Positions 63,621-64,000 of a stretch of DNA of 64,000 bases are shown here, piece by piece. The stretch is from Mobula hypostoma. Lineage: Eukaryota. The notes under the pieces are model-generated. The model worked only from the letters and a program-made list of their open reading frames with translations, ran no database searches and had not been told where the DNA came from. Positions within the stretch are counted from its first letter, which is position 1; each line of letters begins with the position of its first letter. Position numbers and translations under genes: made by a program. The stretch is taken from positions 23,808,001-23,872,000 of the forward strand of contig NC_086129.1 of the NCBI RefSeq assembly GCF_963921235.1. Reading direction: 5' to 3'.

Positions 63621-64000
63621 GGTGTGTATGGGGTGTCAGGGAGGGGGAGCACCTCTGGTGGGGGAACATGTCGTGTCCTTTTCCAGGTGGTTAGCCCAGC
63701 TTTGGTCCCCACCTGGCACTCAGCTCACACCTGTGGCTCCCCGTATCTGTTTGCATACGACAGCGGCCACACTCCGGGCAACGGCTTCAACAAGCCGGTT
63801 AAACCAGGTGAGGGTAGCTGACGGGTCTCAAACCCTCGGTGAGATAGGGAGTTGTCTATCCCAGCATGTGAAGACAGACTCCGGCCAATTGAGCGGACGA
63901 GACCAATAGAAGGTCCAATGGTCGAGAAGGCCGTCTCTGCAAGTGTCGTGGAACGTGTAGAGCACGACAAGACACAGAAGCCGTCCTGGTCATCCACCGC
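63621..64000 (+). mobile_element. Same non-autonomous retroelement, copy 3 (cut by window end)
   Basis: Duplicate of 9357-9736 with several substitutions. Confidence 0.65.
63630..63810 (+). ncRNA. HDV-like ribozyme, copy 3, predicted inactive (C75U-equivalent)
   Basis: Same fold, but CCGGCTAAAC reads CCGGTTAAAC (T at 63799). Confidence 0.65.

Larger units (their letters stand above)
50830..64000 (+). repeat. Tandem segmental duplication unit, copy 3 (partial, restructured)
   Basis: Colinear with copy 1 positions 275 to ~9736, with three copy-specific blocks (53971-57139, 58745-60117, 60232-61055). Confidence 0.95.

Noticed and set aside
1-64000. Prokaryotic systems (CRISPR array, retron, defence operon) suggested by the many RT ORFs
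   Set aside because: All RT fragments are vertebrate non-LTR or Penelope-like retrotransposons; there is no operon structure or repeat-spacer array.

Overview
Eukaryotic, repeat-rich vertebrate DNA, most likely from a cartilaginous fish (shark or ray), inferred from HE1/V-SINE-like, CR1, Rex1/Babar, L1 and Penelope-like repeats. The window is a head-to-tail tandem array of one large unit: the tail of a copy 0 (1-274), copy 1 (275-28902), copy 2 (28903-50829) and a partial copy 3 (50830-64000). Each unit carries (i) an intact intronless Jupiter-family (JPT1/HN1-like, with JPT2-like repeats) gene on +, (ii) a convergent orphan 272-aa ORF on - (copies 1 and 2; copy 3 runs off the window), and (iii) between them a TSD-flanked ~565-bp element whose 5' end folds by eye into a complete HDV-like self-cleaving ribozyme, with the catalytic C changed to T in copy 3. 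JPT copies 1 and 3 differ at 20 non-synonymous versus 2 synonymous nucleotides while their flanks differ by about 1%, which suggests diversifying selection. Penelope-associated minimal hammerhead motifs are also present, one of them intact in a copy-specific insertion. The rest is nested, decayed retrotransposons with copy-specific insertions and deletions. All alignments and folds were done by eye; no database search or folding program was run.
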